From assembly GCA_010093815.1 (NCBI GenBank), contig ML996565.1: a DNA stretch of 64,000 nucleotides. One strand, written 5' to 3'. The notes beneath the pieces are model-generated. The model did no database searches, was not told where the DNA came from, and saw only the letters and a list, made by a program, of their open reading frames with translations. Shown piece by piece: positions 62,990-64,000 of the stretch (the stretch's first letter is position 1; each line of letters starts with the position of its first letter). Source of the DNA: Pseudovirgaria hyperparasitica. Taxonomy: Eukaryota. The position numbers and the translations under genes were made by a program.

Positions 62990-64000
62990 ATGGCTCAAGA
63001 TACGAAGAAAACAAGAGTGGCAGTCCTAGGACTTGGTCAGCAGATTAGAATCTTGTTGGCGAGGAATCACGGAAAACTGACACTGACAGGATTGACTGGA
63101 GTCACGACTGTGAAGAACCTCGTTGAGATTGGACTCGATGCTGTCGGTTTTGACAAGAACGGGTACATCGGAGGGCTTTGGCAATGGACGAAGAACCCGA
63201 ACCAGACATCTATCTTAAAGAGCATGTCTATTCATGTGCGACCATGATGAATCGTGTGTTGATCAGATGACTACAGATACAAAAGCAAATATCTCGAAGC
63301 AGAGCGTCAGTCGCAGCAAATCCTTCATGACAAGGAGTCAACTCACTTACATGTAACAGAGCTGCTTTCAAGACTTCCCCTTTCCAGATGGTATGGTTAC
63401 GTCCTGAAGGGTTAGTTTCGGCTAAGCTCAACATATGCAGATGTAGCAGACTATCCTCCAGGGGAGGATGTGCTGAAGTACATTCAGGCATACGCCAGCC
63501 ATTACAGTCTACACGACCACTTTCGACTAGGCTGGGGAATTGAGCGTGTCGAGCGAACACTAGATGATGGCTCGTGGCTGATCAAGTCAATTAGCACGAG
63601 CGGCGTGCGCAAGGATGAGGTGTTTGATAAAGTCATAGTCACCACAGGCCCATATGCGAAAGCATTCCTTCCCAAAATCGATGGTCAGGACCATTTCAAG
63701 GGCAAGATATTGCACTCGCAAGCCTTCAAGGAGTAAGTGCTTCACTCTGTCCTACCCAACATTACTGATGCCGCCGAAGCCCAGCCGACTTCGCTGGCCA
63801 GCGAGTCATCGTCGCTGGTCTTGCTCAAACAGGAGGCGACGTTGCTGTAGACCTTGTTGGTGTTGCGTCCCAGGTATACATGTCACATAGATCTGGCGCC
63901 CGTGTCGTATGTGCATTACTTCCCTCAACTTACACTCTCTGATATAGTCACAGATACGTAGAGGATCTCCGAAGCCAACAGATCACCGTATCAGTCGACG
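62990..64000 (+). CDS. Flavin-containing monooxygenase (FMO), 3'-truncated by the window
   Basis: FAD motif VAVLGLGLTG, IGGLW, ANISKQ..FQDFPFP, FMO motif FKGKILHSQAFK and NADP motif VIVAGLAQTGGD. Several short introns. Confidence 0.9.

Noticed and set aside
8184..64000. One large secondary-metabolite cluster uniting dioxygenase, hydrolase, MFS, desaturase and FMO
   Set aside because: No PKS/NRPS/terpene backbone is present and the genes are separated by about 30 kb of housekeeping genes. The squalene-synthase-like gene is best explained as NDUFAF6.
1..64000. tRNA, rRNA, CRISPR arrays, intact transposase or reverse transcriptase
   Set aside because: None recognised by eye. Small ncRNAs such as snoRNAs could be missed without tRNAscan-SE/Infernal.

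Overview
Eukaryotic, intron-containing DNA from a filamentous ascomycete (Pezizomycotina; Dothideomycete-like is my inference). Introns are mostly about 45-60 nt with GT(A/G)NGT donors and CTAAC/CTGAC branch sites. About 22 protein-coding genes can be reconstructed by hand. A compact housekeeping core spans about 19-48 kb (NDUFAF6-like, CWC23, CDT2, RRP5, BMT6, MVP1, DCN1, eIF4B/TIF3, an MFS transporter, FKBP12). Outside it lie ARO80-like, SurE, an NCS1 permease, RPC53 and a truncated FMO. Two AT/TpA-rich accessory-looking blocks interrupt this. The first (about 7.8-18.9 kb) holds a fatty-acid dioxygenase-P450 fusion whose P450 lacks the heme Cys, divergent from an Eht1-like acyl-ester enzyme, followed by about 4 kb of decayed sequence. 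The second (about 48.9-54.5 kb) holds an ankyrin relic, a secreted M35-like protein with substituted zinc ligands, a non-housekeeping-type fatty-acid desaturase and a RIP-scarred inverted repeat. Splicing oddities include a 3-nt microexon in eIF4B whose skipping creates a stop codon, and three GC-AG introns. I saw no tRNA, rRNA, CRISPR or intact transposon. All family calls come from motif recognition by eye; no database searches were run.
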